32,000 nucleotides of DNA. Origin: Faecalibaculum rodentium. GTDB lineage: Bacteria; Bacillota_I; Bacilli_A; Erysipelotrichales; Erysipelotrichaceae. Of the stretch, positions 12,625 to 21,181 are shown in pieces. Each line of letters opens with the position of its first letter. Positions within the stretch are counted from its first letter, which is position 1. The stretch covers positions 60,001-92,000 of the forward strand of contig NZ_CP011391.1 of assembly GCF_001564455.1 (NCBI RefSeq), written 5' to 3'. Below the pieces are notes generated by a model. The model was not told where the DNA came from. It worked only from the letters and a program-made list of their open reading frames with translations, and did no database searches. Both the position numbers and the translations under genes were made by a program.

Positions 12625-13575
12625 ATGCCCAGAGCCACGATCAGAGACCTGCTGGACAAATTCGGCTGGGACCTCGTGACCGGCAGTCCCAGGGCTCTGG
12701 AACGCCCTGTCACACTTCCTGACACGAACCGTCCGGGTCTGGAACTCGCCGGATATTTCCCGGATACCGCCCGTCGCCGGCTTGTGATCCTGGGTGCCAA
12801 GGAAATGGGCTATATCCATGAAGAAATGGATGAAGTCGCCCAGCGCCGGGCATTTGAATTCCTGACGGGACCCATGACACCGGGCATTGTCATCACCAAT
12901 GGAAGCCGGTGTCCTGAAATTCTGGAGGAAATAGCCCGCCGGAAGGATTTCCCGGTGGCCAGGACACTGGAAAAAACCACCTACGTGGTCAACAATGTCA
13001 CGAATTTTCTGGATGAAAAACTGGCTCCCAGCCACATCATTCACGGAGAACTGGTGCAGATCTTCGGCGTGGGGGTGCTGATCTGCGGAAAATCCGGGAT
13101 GGGAAAATCAGAAATCGTTTTGGAGCTCATCAAGCGCGGACACCAGCTGGTGGCGGATGACCGGGTGGACTGCTACCGTATCCACAACACGCTGATAGGC
13201 CGGAGCACCCCCATGATCGAGGGATTCATGGAGCTCAGAGGCGTGGGCATCATTGACATACAGAAGATGTATGGCGTGACTTCGATTGCCAGACAGACAG
13301 AGATCCAGTTCCAGATCACCCTGGGGCGGTTTGACGGCCACAACAATTATGACCGTGTGGGGATCGAGGAAAAGAAATATACAGAAATCCTCGGCATCCA
13401 GCTCATGGACGTGGAAATCCCGGTGAGTGAAGGACGTCCTATGGCGACCATCATAGAAACCACGGTGACAAACTTCCTGCTGCTGCGGGAAGGCATCAAT
13501 TCCGCCAAGGAATTCGAGGAACGGGTACTCCGCGAAATTGCCAAAAACCGCTATGATACAGAGGGAGACGACTGA
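12625..13575 (+). CDS. hprK: HPr kinase/phosphorylase
   Basis: Has the Walker A motif GKSGMGKSE, ..LVADDRVD.. and ELRGVGIIDI. 316 aa. Starts 4 nt after the uvrA stop, with a GGAAGTGAGGG SD. Confidence 0.93.
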   Translation: MPRATIRDLLDKFGWDLVTGSPRALERPVTLPDTNRPGLELAGYFPDTARRRLVILGAKEMGYIHEEMDEVAQRRAFEFLTGPMTPGIVITNGSRCPEILEEIARRKDFPVARTLEKTTYVVNNVTNFLDEKLAPSHIIHGELVQIFGVGVLICGKSGMGKSEIVLELIKRGHQLVADDRVDCYRIHNTLIGRSTPMIEGFMELRGVGIIDIQKMYGVTSIARQTEIQFQITLGRFDGHNNYDRVGIEEKKYTEILGIQLMDVEIPVSEGRPMATIIETTVTNFLLLREGINSAKEFEERVLREIAKNRYDTEGDD

Positions 13576-13721
13576 TTTCTGTCTGAAAACGAGTCATTTC
13601 AGCCTGTCGGGATCTGCGGATTCTGCCAGGCTTTTTGTGTTTGACACACTCAACAGGAAACGCGTTGCACAGGACAGACAGGAAATCAGGTTTTATACTG
13701 GATGAGAATGGAGGCTGGAAT

Positions 13722-14672
13722 ATGAATGAAATATATGATGTGGCAATTATCGGCGCCGGGCCGGCGGGGATGACAGCCGCCCTGTATGCCAGCAGATCGG
13801 GTATGAAAACCTGCATGATTGAAGCAGGTGCTCCCGGGGGGAAAATGCTGAAAACCTACCTGGTTTCAAATTACCCTGGGGTCGCGGAAATACCCGGACC
13901 GGATCTGGGTATGACGATGTACGAGCAGTCCCTGGCGTTTGGGGCGGAGTACATTGCGGGGACTGTCAGCGAAGTGCTGCCGGACAAAACCGTCAGACTG
14001 ACGGATGGACGGGAAATCAAGGCCCGTTCCGTGATCGTGGCAACCGGAACCAAAGAACGGCTCCTGGGGATTCCCGGTGAGCAGGAACTGGTGGGACATG
14101 GTGTGTCCTATTGTGCGGTTTGCGATGGTGCATTTTTCCGGAACAAAACCGTGGCTGTGATCGGCGGCGGCAATGCGGCGCTGGAAGAAAGCGGGTTCCT
14201 GTCCCAGTTTGTGGATAAGATGTATATCATCATCCGCCGGGATCAGTTCCGGGCGGAGGAAAAGCTCCAGAAAGAAGTCATGGCCAATCCCAAGGTGGAG
14301 ATCATCCGCGATACAGTCCCAGTCAGGGTCGTGGGAGAAGACACGGTCACGGGTCTTGTGGTGAAGAATGTCAAGACTGGTGAAGAATCACAGCTGGATG
14401 TTGCCGGCGTGTTCCCCTATATCGGCCAGGATCCGATTTCGGGCATGGTCAAAGACCTGGGCGTCTGTGACGAACATGGTGCCATTATCACCAACCAGGA
14501 AATGATGACAAAGGTTCCGGGTGTGTTTGCAGCAGGGGATGTCCGTGTGACGGAACTCCGGCAGATCGTGACGGCGACATCTGACGGGGCCAAGGCAGCG
14601 GAGTCTGCATTCCTGTGGGCGAAGGAACATCTTGTGCCTACGGAAGAACTGGCGGAAGAGCTGGAAGCATAA
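13722..14672 (+). CDS. trxB: Thioredoxin-disulfide reductase
   Basis: Has YDVAIIGAGPAGMTAALYASR (FAD motif), the redox CAVCDG motif, VIGGGNAALEE (NADPH motif) and GVFAAGDV. 316 aa. SD GGAGG lies 7 nt upstream. Confidence 0.93.
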   Translation: MNEIYDVAIIGAGPAGMTAALYASRSGMKTCMIEAGAPGGKMLKTYLVSNYPGVAEIPGPDLGMTMYEQSLAFGAEYIAGTVSEVLPDKTVRLTDGREIKARSVIVATGTKERLLGIPGEQELVGHGVSYCAVCDGAFFRNKTVAVIGGGNAALEESGFLSQFVDKMYIIIRRDQFRAEEKLQKEVMANPKVEIIRDTVPVRVVGEDTVTGLVVKNVKTGEESQLDVAGVFPYIGQDPISGMVKDLGVCDEHGAIITNQEMMTKVPGVFAAGDVRVTELRQIVTATSDGAKAAESAFLWAKEHLVPTEELAEELEA

Positions 14673-14735
14673 GACAGTCGGATGCCCCGGTTTTCAGTCC
14701 GGAAGGCAGCAAAGCAGAAAGACAGATACGAAACA

Positions 14736-14769
14736 AAGGCACAGGTACGGATGAGACGTGTGCCTTTTT
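14736..14769 (+). terminator. Rho-independent terminator after trxB
   Basis: GGCACA (14738-14743) pairs with TGTGCC (14759-14764), followed by TTTTT. Confidence 0.65.
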
Positions 14770-14809
14770 CGATTCGGGTCAGCCGGCCGGCACTGTATAT
14801 CGTGGAGGA

Positions 14810-15406
14810 TCACAGCCCGAGGATTTTCACATTTTTATAAAAGTATGAACGGGAGCAGTCCAGCTGCCGGAGGGCTTCCTGCAGGGTGATCTCCTGCCGG
14901 CGCCAGGCCAGAACAGTTTCCGGGAACTTCTCGGGAAGCGGTTTTCCGGGGTTCCCGAAATGGATGCCCCGCGCTTTGGCGGCGGCAATTCCTTCGGCCT
15001 GTCGCTGGCGGATGGACAGTCTTTCGTTTTCTGCGACGTAGCTCATGATCTGGAGAACCAGGTCAACGATGAATTCCCTGGTCAGGTCCGGATGTTCATG
15101 CCTGGTATCCAGGAGCGGCATATCCAGAACGACCATCTGCACACCGCGTGTGCATGTGAGTTTTTTCCATTCTCGAACCACTTCGGTATAGCTGCGGCCG
15201 AGGCGGTCCAGAGAATGAACCACGATGGTGTCTCCCTTTCGGCAGCGTTTTGTCAGTTCCTGCCACGCTGGACGGGCAAAATCCTTCCCGGACTGATGAT
15301 CGATATAGATGTGGCAGTCTGCCACCGGAAACTCCCGCAGGGTTTCCAACTGCCGGGCGGGGTTCTGGTCCCGGCTCGAAACACGTGCATATCCATAAAT
15401 CGTCAT
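14810..15406 (-). CDS. Small serine recombinase (resolvase/invertase family) with a C-terminal HTH; catalytic residues intact
   Basis: MTIYGYARVSSRDQ carries R8 and S10, SLDRLGRS carries the D67/R68/R71 equivalents, the E-helix is ENERLSIRQRQAEGI, and there is a C-terminal HTH. 198 aa. No SD. The longer 257-aa ORF version is rejected. Confidence 0.88.
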   Translation of the reverse strand: MTIYGYARVSSRDQNPARQLETLREFPVADCHIYIDHQSGKDFARPAWQELTKRCRKGDTIVVHSLDRLGRSYTEVVREWKKLTCTRGVQMVVLDMPLLDTRHEHPDLTREFIVDLVLQIMSYVAENERLSIRQRQAEGIAAAKARGIHFGNPGKPLPEKFPETVLAWRRQEITLQEALRQLDCSRSYFYKNVKILGL

Positions 15407-15533
15407 GGACAAAATGATAAGTGAACGGGTGGTGTGACAGGTGTCTGATACTTTGCCTGGATGTTGCCCGGCAGACAGGATGCAGGGCAGAAGTCCATCG
15501 GAGAAGAACCTGATTTTCCGGCTGCGGGGCAAG

Positions 15534-15569
15534 AAAAAAGCAGGCTGCCTGCCTGCACACACAGCCTGC
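15534..15569 (-). terminator. Rho-independent terminator of the darA/rubrerythrin-like operon (minus strand)
   Basis: The minus strand reads GCAGGCTG...CAGCCTGC followed by TTTTTT (complement of the A-run 15534-15539). Confidence 0.7.
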
Positions 15570-15579
15570 GACCGGGATT

Positions 15580-16005
15580 TCATCTGCTTTCGGTTCCATC
15601 TCCATGAGGCTGCCCGTGGGCCTGGTCCAGCCAGCGGGCATGCCCTGCAGCCAGGTCTTTGTGCCTGGCCGAGGCCTCTGCAAACTGTCCGGCCAGCTGT
15701 TCAAAGCCTTCTTCTCTGGCAGCGGCGGCAAACTCATGATACAGGGCAGTCCACTGGTCATCTGCACGTTTCGCAGCTTCATGCAGACTGGCCAGGGAGC
15801 CATTGACGGGTCCGTCATTGAGGACCTCGAACCATTGACGGGCAAGGTCCTTGCTCTGGTTCATGGCCTCCTCGAAAGGAGCCGCAGCCTCGCGGCTGAC
15901 GGCTTTGCTGTGTTTTTTCAACTGCCTGAGAATGGTCAGATTCTGGCTTTCTCCGGCGAGAGCCACCTGCAGATTTTCCCGGGTGCGGGATCCTTCAAAT
16001 TCCAC
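15580..16005 (-). CDS. Ferritin-like / rubrerythrin-family protein without a rubredoxin domain, divergent
   Basis: GTG start preceded by GAGG. TRENLQVALAGESQ and YHEFAAAAREEGFEQLAGQF resemble rubrerythrin helix motifs. The ExxH metal motifs are not canonical (see finding). 141 aa. Confidence 0.55.
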   Translation of the reverse strand: MEFEGSRTRENLQVALAGESQNLTILRQLKKHSKAVSREAAAPFEEAMNQSKDLARQWFEVLNDGPVNGSLASLHEAAKRADDQWTALYHEFAAAAREEGFEQLAGQFAEASARHKDLAAGHARWLDQAHGQPHGDGTESR

Positions 16006-16015
16006 CTGAACCGCC

Positions 16016-16315
16016 TCACACTTTCAGGAACTGTTCCACGTTCAGCACAAAAATGGAGGCTCCGCATGCAGCGACCGGTGTGTAGGGCTGTTCGAGGCGG
16101 CTTACGGGTGTGGACAGGGCCCCGGCATGGTCCCGGATCACGTCTGTGACCGTCGGGACGTCTTCGTCCTCGCATACGGTGATCAGTGTGGTGGTTCCCG
16201 GACACAGAAAACCTCCTGTGGCTGCCAGGCGTGTGCTCGAAAACCCGCTGCTGCAAAGCGCCTGACTGAGTTCCCCGGCGTCTTCGCTGGAAATTACGGA
16301 AATAACCAGTTTCAT
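16016..16315 (-). CDS. darA: PII-like cyclic-di-AMP receptor DarA (YaaQ/DUF970 family)
   Basis: MKLVISVISSEDAGELSQALCSSGFSSTRLAATGGFLCPGTTTLITVCED...GASIFVLNVEQF parallels my recollection of B. subtilis YaaQ (MKLIVAVVQDQD...VTKLATTGGFLKSGNTT...GGATVFVLPVDEF). SD AAGGAGAG. 99 aa. Confidence 0.8.
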   Translation of the reverse strand: MKLVISVISSEDAGELSQALCSSGFSSTRLAATGGFLCPGTTTLITVCEDEDVPTVTDVIRDHAGALSTPVSRLEQPYTPVAACGASIFVLNVEQFLKV

Positions 16316-16330
16316 GTTCTTCTCTCCTTG

Positions 16331-16358
16331 TTGTATATCATCTCTTTTCAAGTATAAT
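16331..16358 (+). promoter_or_regulatory. Candidate promoter for the deacetylase gene (TTGTAT-16 nt-TATAAT)
   Basis: TTGTAT at 16331-16336 and TATAAT at 16353-16358. This leaves a roughly 110-nt leader containing the CCCTTTCGG...CCGAAAGGG hairpin. Confidence 0.5.
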
Positions 16359-16476
16359 CCACGGTTTGGCAAAATCCGGAAGAATACCATATAGTAATAC
16401 ACAGAGATTGCCCTTTCGGTGGCGAGCCCGGCAACCGGTCCGAAAGGGAAGGGATAGAGAAAAGAGAGATTGATCA

Positions 16477-17898
16477 ATGGCAGCAAAACGAAAAAAAGGC
16501 CGGCGCCGGAGAATCCGGTGGTCGCGGTTCCTGGTCCTGGGTGCATGCGCAGCTCTGGTTCTGGGGCTCTTTACAAGTATATGCCTCCTGATTTCGCCGC
16601 TTCACCTGAAAGCCGGCGAAGTCACGACGGAATACAAACACAAATATGATCCGGAGAGCAACATCCGCGTGGCGTTTCTGGGGTCCCCGGCCGATGTCAA
16701 AATCGAAGGCACCGTGGATACCAATCAGGTCGGGGACTATCCGCTGACCTATACATACAAGGGACACGAAGCCAAAGCGGTCGTGCACGTCACCGATACC
16801 ACCGCGCCGACGCTGGAAGTCAGGGACTACATGGCGGACATGACACAGGATGTCAAACCGGAGGATATGGTGACATCCGCGAAGGATGCCGGGGAAGTCA
16901 CGGTGGCGTTTGCCCCGGACACAGAAGATCTGACGCCGAAGGGGAAACACCGGGTCACCATTGTGGCGACGGATGAATTCGGAAACAAAACAGAGCGACA
17001 GGCCACTCTGGACCGGGTGGAGGACACCACGAAGCCGCAGCTCAAGTCTGACAACAAGACGCTGAAGGTCAAACAGGGAACCGCATTTGAACTGTCGGGA
17101 ATCACGGCGACAGACGACATGGATCCGGAACCGGCCATCACCTGGGACGAGGATTCCATAGATATGACCAAAGCCGGCGACTATGAAGTGACGGTAGTGG
17201 CGACCGACCGGTCGGGAAACAAGTCGGAGCTGAAGCAGAAAGTCACCGTGGAAAAGAACCCCGAATATGGCAACAAGGTGGTGTTCCTGACATTCGATGA
17301 CGGCCCCAGCGAAAATACAGGAAAGATCCTGAAGATCCTGGAGAAATACGATGCGAAAGCCACCTTCTTTGTGACCGGCAACGGACAGGCGGACAATCAC
17401 TTCATCAAGGAAGCCTACGACCAGGGCAATGCGATCGGCCTTCATACCTATACCCACGATTATTCCTATGTGTATTCCTCCGTGGACAACTATTTCCAGG
17501 ATCTCCAGCAGATCTCGGACATGGTCAAGGACATCACCGGCGAGGCACCGAAGGTCATCCGGTTCCCCGGCGGCAGTTCCAACACCGTATCTGCGAATTA
17601 TACCGAAGGCATCATGAGCAGGCTGGTGGATCTCGTGCACGAAAAAGGATACGAGTACTTTGACTGGAATGTATCCAGCGGCGATGCCGGCGGCAATGAC
17701 ATTCCGGTGGATACCATTGTGCAGGGCGCCACGGCCTGCGAGGAGCAGTACTGCACGATCCTCTTCCACGACACCATGGCCAAAAACACCACAGTGGAGG
17801 CACTGCCTGAAATCATCCGGCACTACAAGGAACGGGGATATGTGTTCCTGCCCCTGACCCGGGATTCTGTCGCTGCACACCACGGGGTCAACAACTGA
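16477..17898 (+). CDS. Membrane-anchored polysaccharide/peptidoglycan deacetylase (NodB/CE4 domain) with three Ig-like repeat modules
   Basis: Starts with a basic N-terminus and TM segment (RRRRIRWSRFLVLGACAALVLGLF). Three repeats end in ..GDYxxTxxxxDxxGNK.. . The NodB motifs TFDDGP, HTYTH, RFPGG and LFHD are present. 473 aa. Confidence 0.85.
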   Translation: MAAKRKKGRRRRIRWSRFLVLGACAALVLGLFTSICLLISPLHLKAGEVTTEYKHKYDPESNIRVAFLGSPADVKIEGTVDTNQVGDYPLTYTYKGHEAKAVVHVTDTTAPTLEVRDYMADMTQDVKPEDMVTSAKDAGEVTVAFAPDTEDLTPKGKHRVTIVATDEFGNKTERQATLDRVEDTTKPQLKSDNKTLKVKQGTAFELSGITATDDMDPEPAITWDEDSIDMTKAGDYEVTVVATDRSGNKSELKQKVTVEKNPEYGNKVVFLTFDDGPSENTGKILKILEKYDAKATFFVTGNGQADNHFIKEAYDQGNAIGLHTYTHDYSYVYSSVDNYFQDLQQISDMVKDITGEAPKVIRFPGGSSNTVSANYTEGIMSRLVDLVHEKGYEYFDWNVSSGDAGGNDIPVDTIVQGATACEEQYCTILFHDTMAKNTTVEALPEIIRHYKERGYVFLPLTRDSVAAHHGVNN

Positions 17899-17912
17899 AT
17901 CTGTATCATTAT

Positions 17913-17949
17913 CTCTCCGCAGAAGGCTTACAGCCGCGGAGAGTTTTTT
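17913..17949 (+). terminator. Rho-independent terminator after the deacetylase gene
   Basis: CTCTCCGC (17913-17920) pairs with GCGGAGAG (17936-17943), followed by TTTTTT. Confidence 0.8.
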
Positions 17950-18066
17950 CGGTTTTCCGCACCCGCAGCGGCTGGTGACAAAATGAGAAACCGAATGCGA
18001 AAAGGACCTGTTGGCAAAGTGACAAATCATGTTACCATGAACCATATCGGAAGAAAGGAAGCAGAT

Positions 18067-19299
18067 ATGAAGATTTTGGTCATTGGCAGAGGCGGTCGGG
18101 AACACGCCCTGGCTGCAGCACTGGCGGCATCAGAGCAGTGCACGCAGCTGTTCTGCGCCCCGGGCAATCCGGGTATGGCCCGGCTGGGTACAATCGTGCC
18201 CGTGGGTGACAGTGATGTTGAGGCCATGACGGCTTTTGCGGTACAGGAAGGGATCGGCCTTGCGGTCATCGGCCCGGAGTCTGCACTGGCAGCAGGCATG
18301 GCAGATGCCCTGACTGAGGCGGGAATCCGCGTGTTTGGCCCCACACAGGCTGCAGCCCAGGTGGAGTCCTCCAAGGATTTTGCCAAGCGGATCATGGAAA
18401 AATACCACATTCCCACCGCTGCCTACCGCACCTTCGACACGGTGGAAGCGGCCCGTGCCTGGGTGAAGGAGCAGGGTGCCCCGATCGTCATCAAGGAAGA
18501 CGGCCTGAAAGCCGGAAAAGGCGTCACGGTGGCAATGGACCTGGATACCGCGCTGGAGGCACTGGATGCGGCATTTGCCCAGGAGGGCGGCCGGGTCGTG
18601 ATTGAGGAGTACCTGGAGGGATTCGAATACAGTCTCATTGCCCTGGTGCATGAGGGCCTGGTGGTTCCTCTGGAAACGGCTCAGGACCACAAACGGGTCG
18701 GAGACGGGGATACCGGACCGAATACAGGCGGCATGGGATCTTATTCCCCTGTCCGCCGGATCACACCGGAGATCCTGGAAGAAACCATGAAGACGGTCAT
18801 GGAACCCATGGCACAGGCGCTCGTTCAGGAAGGCGTACCCTTTACAGGATTCCTGTACGGGGGGCTGATGCTGACAAAGGACGGCATCAAAGTCATTGAA
18901 TTCAACGCCCGGTTCGGCGATCCGGAAGCCGAGGTGATCCTGCCGCGTCTCAAGAGCGATTTTGTCGATGCCATCCTTTCGGTGATGGACGGACAGCCTG
19001 TACAACTGCAGTGGACGCCGAAGACCTGCCACGGCGTGGTGCTGGCCAGCGAAGGATATCCTGCAGGCAGCACCAAAGGGGCACTCATCGAAATCGGGGA
19101 CACGGATGCGTCCATCTTTCACATGGGCACCCGCAGCACGGACCAGGGTCTGAAGACAGACGGCGGGCGCGTGCTGATGGTGGTGACACTGGAGGACACC
19201 CTGGAGCAGGCATTTGAACACACTTACCGCGAGGCTGAGAAGATTGGCTGCGACAAGCTGTTTTACCGTACGGACATCGGAAGAAAGGACATGGCGTAA
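18067..19299 (+). CDS. purD: Phosphoribosylamine--glycine ligase
   Basis: [22 protein letters not shown].., an ATP-grasp region, and ..[12 protein letters not shown].. . 410 aa. The start was chosen at the conserved N-terminus, not the upstream ATG at 17983. Confidence 0.93.
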   Translation: MKILVIGRGGREHALAAALAASEQCTQLFCAPGNPGMARLGTIVPVGDSDVEAMTAFAVQEGIGLAVIGPESALAAGMADALTEAGIRVFGPTQAAAQVESSKDFAKRIMEKYHIPTAAYRTFDTVEAARAWVKEQGAPIVIKEDGLKAGKGVTVAMDLDTALEALDAAFAQEGGRVVIEEYLEGFEYSLIALVHEGLVVPLETAQDHKRVGDGDTGPNTGGMGSYSPVRRITPEILEETMKTVMEPMAQALVQEGVPFTGFLYGGLMLTKDGIKVIEFNARFGDPEAEVILPRLKSDFVDAILSVMDGQPVQLQWTPKTCHGVVLASEGYPAGSTKGALIEIGDTDASIFHMGTRSTDQGLKTDGGRVLMVVTLEDTLEQAFEHTYREAEKIGCDKLFYRTDIGRKDMA

Positions 19300-20966
19300 T
19301 GGCATTGACAGATCTCGAAATCGCACAGGCGTGCGTACTGGACCCCATTGACAAAGTGGCGGCAAAGGCGGGGATTCCTGCCGATGCCCTGGAGCCCTAT
19401 GGCAGGACCAAGGCGAAGCTCTCCCAGGAATATCTCGATTCCCTGGATGCCCCCGATGGCAAACTGATCCTGGTCACGGCCATCAACCCGACAAAAGCCG
19501 GTGAAGGCAAGTCCACTACCACCGTCGGCCTGGGAGATGCGCTGAACCTGCTGGGAAAAAACACCATGATGGCCCTGCGGGAGCCAAGTCTTGGACCTGT
19601 GTTCGGACTCAAGGGCGGAGCTGCAGGCGGCGGCTATGCGCAGGTCGTGCCGATGGAGGACATCAACCTGCACTTCACGGGGGACATGCATGCGATCACC
19701 ACAGCCAACAACCTGCTGTCGGCGGTCATTGACAACCACATCCACCAGGGCAACGAACTGGGCATCGATCCGGACAGGATCACGTTCCGCCGGTGTCTGG
19801 ACATGAATGACCGCGAGCTGCGGCAGGTGAACATCGGCCTTGGACCGAAGGCCAACGGCATCAAGCGCGAAGACGGATTCAACATCACCGTGGCCAGCGA
19901 AGTCATGGCCGCCCTGTGCCTGGCTTCAGATCTGCAGGACCTGAAGAAGCGCTTTGGCGACATGCTGGTGGGATACAGCTTCGACGGAGAACCGGTCTAT
20001 GCCAGGGACCTGAAGGTGGAAGGCGCAATGGCCATGGTCATGAAGGACGCCATCAAGCCCAATCTCGTCCAGACACTGGAGCACAACCCGGTGCTGATTC
20101 ACGGCGGGCCCTTTGCAAACATCGCCCATGGCTGCAACTCGGTGATTGCCACGCGCACAGCGCTGAAGCTGGCGGACTATGTCGTGACGGAAGCCGGATT
20201 CGGGGCAGACCTGGGGGCAGAGAAGTTCCTGGACATCAAGTGCCGGCTGGCCGGCCTGCATCCTTCGGCGGTTGTGATCGTGGCCACGATCCGGGCCCTG
20301 AAACAGCATGGCGGCGTGGCGTTCGAGGATCTGAAGGAAGAAAACATCCCGGCGCTCAAAGCCGGCATTGCCAACCTGGAGAAGCACATCGAGACCGCCC
20401 AGGCCTTCGGACTGCCCTATGTGATCGCCATCAACGAGTTCGCCACCGACACAGCGGCGGAAATCGGAGCCCTCGAGACCTGGTGCCGGGAGAACGGACA
20501 CCCCATGTCCCTGTCGCAGGTATGGGCCAAAGGCGGCGAAGGGGCACTGGATCTGGCGGAAAAGGTCATTGCCCTGACAGAACAGCCCAACGACTTCGAA
20601 GTCCTGTATGACGAGAAGCTCCCGATTGAAGAAAAAATCCGGATCATCGCCCGCAGGGTCTATGGCGCGGATGATGTGGTATTCACCGACGAAGCGAAGG
20701 AACAGATCGCAGAATTCGAAAAACATGGCTGGGACAGGCTCCCGGTCTGCATGGCCAAGACCCAGATGTCTCTCTCTGACGATCCCACGAAAATGGGCCG
20801 TCCGGAACATTTCACCATCACAGTCCGAGAACTGCGGCCGAGCCTGGGCGCAGGGTTCATCGTTGCACTGACGGGCAAGGTGCTTACGATGCCGGGCCTT
20901 CCGAAGCATCCCTCGGCACTGGACATGGATATCGACGGAGAAGGAAAGATCACGGGACTGTTCTAG
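19299..20966 (+). CDS. fhs: Formate--tetrahydrofolate ligase
   Basis: [10 protein letters not shown]...PYGRTKAKL, the P-loop [15 protein letters not shown], ..[11 protein letters not shown].. and ..[13 protein letters not shown].. . 555 aa. The ATG overlaps the purD stop as TAATG. Confidence 0.95.
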   Translation: MALTDLEIAQACVLDPIDKVAAKAGIPADALEPYGRTKAKLSQEYLDSLDAPDGKLILVTAINPTKAGEGKSTTTVGLGDALNLLGKNTMMALREPSLGPVFGLKGGAAGGGYAQVVPMEDINLHFTGDMHAITTANNLLSAVIDNHIHQGNELGIDPDRITFRRCLDMNDRELRQVNIGLGPKANGIKREDGFNITVASEVMAALCLASDLQDLKKRFGDMLVGYSFDGEPVYARDLKVEGAMAMVMKDAIKPNLVQTLEHNPVLIHGGPFANIAHGCNSVIATRTALKLADYVVTEAGFGADLGAEKFLDIKCRLAGLHPSAVVIVATIRALKQHGGVAFEDLKEENIPALKAGIANLEKHIETAQAFGLPYVIAINEFATDTAAEIGALETWCRENGHPMSLSQVWAKGGEGALDLAEKVIALTEQPNDFEVLYDEKLPIEEKIRIIARRVYGADDVVFTDEAKEQIAEFEKHGWDRLPVCMAKTQMSLSDDPTKMGRPEHFTITVRELRPSLGAGFIVALTGKVLTMPGLPKHPSALDMDIDGEGKITGLF

Positions 20967-21014
20967 ACAGAACCGGTCTCCGGACTCTCCGGTCTCGGCA
21001 TCTGCCGGCACAAG

Positions 21015-21051
21015 GCGTCAGTTTCCCTCCATGGGAAAGTGACGCTTTTTT
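21015..21051 (+). terminator. Rho-independent terminator after fhs
   Basis: GCGTCAGTTTCCC / GGGAAAGTGACGC (1 mismatch), followed by TTTTTT. Confidence 0.8.
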
Positions 21052-21181
21052 CAGTCATCTGGATGCTTCCACCGCCGAAACTGCGATATATGCATAGCGA
21101 GAGCGATGACTCTTTCCGCTGATGTGTGGAACCATCGACCTGTTTTCTCATCCTTGTTCTGACTGTGCAGCCCACTGGCTG

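Noticed and set aside
14689-14696. GGTTTTCA, resembling a Hin/Gin hix/gix half-site core, near the recombinase 3' end; a similar GGTTTTGGAAGA occurs at 6472-6483
   Set aside because: There is no AAAACC partner to complete a 26-bp site. The 6472 copy is part of the 16S processing stem.
15442-15452. TGTCTGATACT upstream of the recombinase gene, resembling a gamma-delta/Tn3 res half-site (TGTCTGATAAT)
   Set aside because: There is no inverted partner half-site at the required spacing (the sequence 16-28 nt away is TGGATGTTGCCC) and no additional subsites. One 9-10-nt match is within chance.
14810-15583. A 257-aa version of the recombinase ORF whose ATG overlaps the rubrerythrin-like stop as ATGA, suggesting translational coupling
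   Set aside because: The extra 59 codons run through an intrinsic terminator hairpin (15534-15569) and encode Cys/Arg-rich non-protein-like sequence. Serine recombinases start a few residues before YGYARVS, so the ATG at 15406 fits.
17950-18066. A purine or ZTP riboswitch, or a PurBox (GAAACCGAATGCG), in the purD leader
   Set aside because: It lacks the guanine-riboswitch conserved loops and the ZTP CCGCCUGGGC pseudoknot element. The PurBox-like word matches only the CCGAA core and has no inverted second box.
16474-18105. A 543-aa ORF on the minus strand, the longest unexplained ORF in this part of the window
   Set aside because: It lies exactly antisense to the deacetylase gene, which has clear NodB motifs, and to the purD leader. 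Its product is low-complexity (R/H/G/V-rich) with no motifs. This is the typical shadow ORF of a GC-rich coding region.
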